A stretch of 64,000 bases of DNA from Minisyncoccia bacterium (GTDB lineage Bacteria; Patescibacteriota; Minisyncoccia; Phycocordibacterales; UBA918): contig JBKJIT010000003.1 of the NCBI GenBank assembly GCA_046598345.1, positions 5,089 to 69,088 of the forward strand, in the 5' to 3' direction. The translations under genes were made by a program, and so were the position numbers. The notes beneath the pieces were generated by a model. The model was not told where the DNA came from and searched no databases. It worked only from the letters and a program-made list of their open reading frames with translations. Positions 63,926 to 64,000 of the stretch are shown here, one piece after another (position 1 is the first letter of the stretch; each line of letters begins with the position of its first letter).

Positions 63926-64000
63926 CTTTCAGATAACTATCAAAGTAAATTGCGTGGCAAGTGAGAAAGTCTGGGTGAAAAATGCCGGGGGCATTTTGCA

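Overview
The window reads as a compact, gene-dense bacterial chromosome segment. Its style suggests a reduced-genome lineage (possibly CPR/Patescibacteria): genes are small and tightly packed, several pairs overlap by ATGA, and many products are secreted or membrane-anchored. That lineage call is inference.

The housekeeping backbone includes ruvA; a ruvB-yebC-ruvC block; polA-tsaE; holA; tyrS; a class A PBP; and a classic origin locus with rpmH-rnpA-yidC divergent from dnaA-dnaN, with DnaA-box-like motifs between them. It also includes ksgA, pcrA/uvrD, pnp, rpsO, a Xer recombinase, bcp and a tRNA-Lys(UUU).

The most notable accessory content is an 11-gene, roughly 12 kb minus-strand operon at 27975-39951. 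It encodes a VirB4-family ATPase, a VirB6-like polytopic membrane protein, a VirB3/PrgI-like 2-TM protein, a VirB2-like pilin with a Cys-rich C-terminal extension, and several secreted or anchored proteins. No coupling protein (VirD4) or relaxase is present. This is a type IV secretion-like apparatus that is probably not conjugative.

Other points of interest:
- Several short islands are visibly GC-richer than their surroundings and encode small secreted proteins or lipoproteins. One (50395-51043) is flanked by about 20-bp direct repeats and interrupts rpsO-pnp synteny.
- A PaaX-like membrane protein gene (5411-5968) is bracketed by a duplicated unit of a 40-50-nt palindrome plus a G-rich tandem repeat.
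- A small family of inverted-repeat elements appears twice.
- An unclassified structured-RNA candidate lies upstream of ruvB.
- There is a stand-alone voltage-sensor-domain protein, a membrane fatty-acid desaturase, a cupredoxin, and two ECF sigma/anti-sigma modules next to a dockerin-bearing secreted protein.

No CRISPR array, rRNA or obvious transposase was seen.
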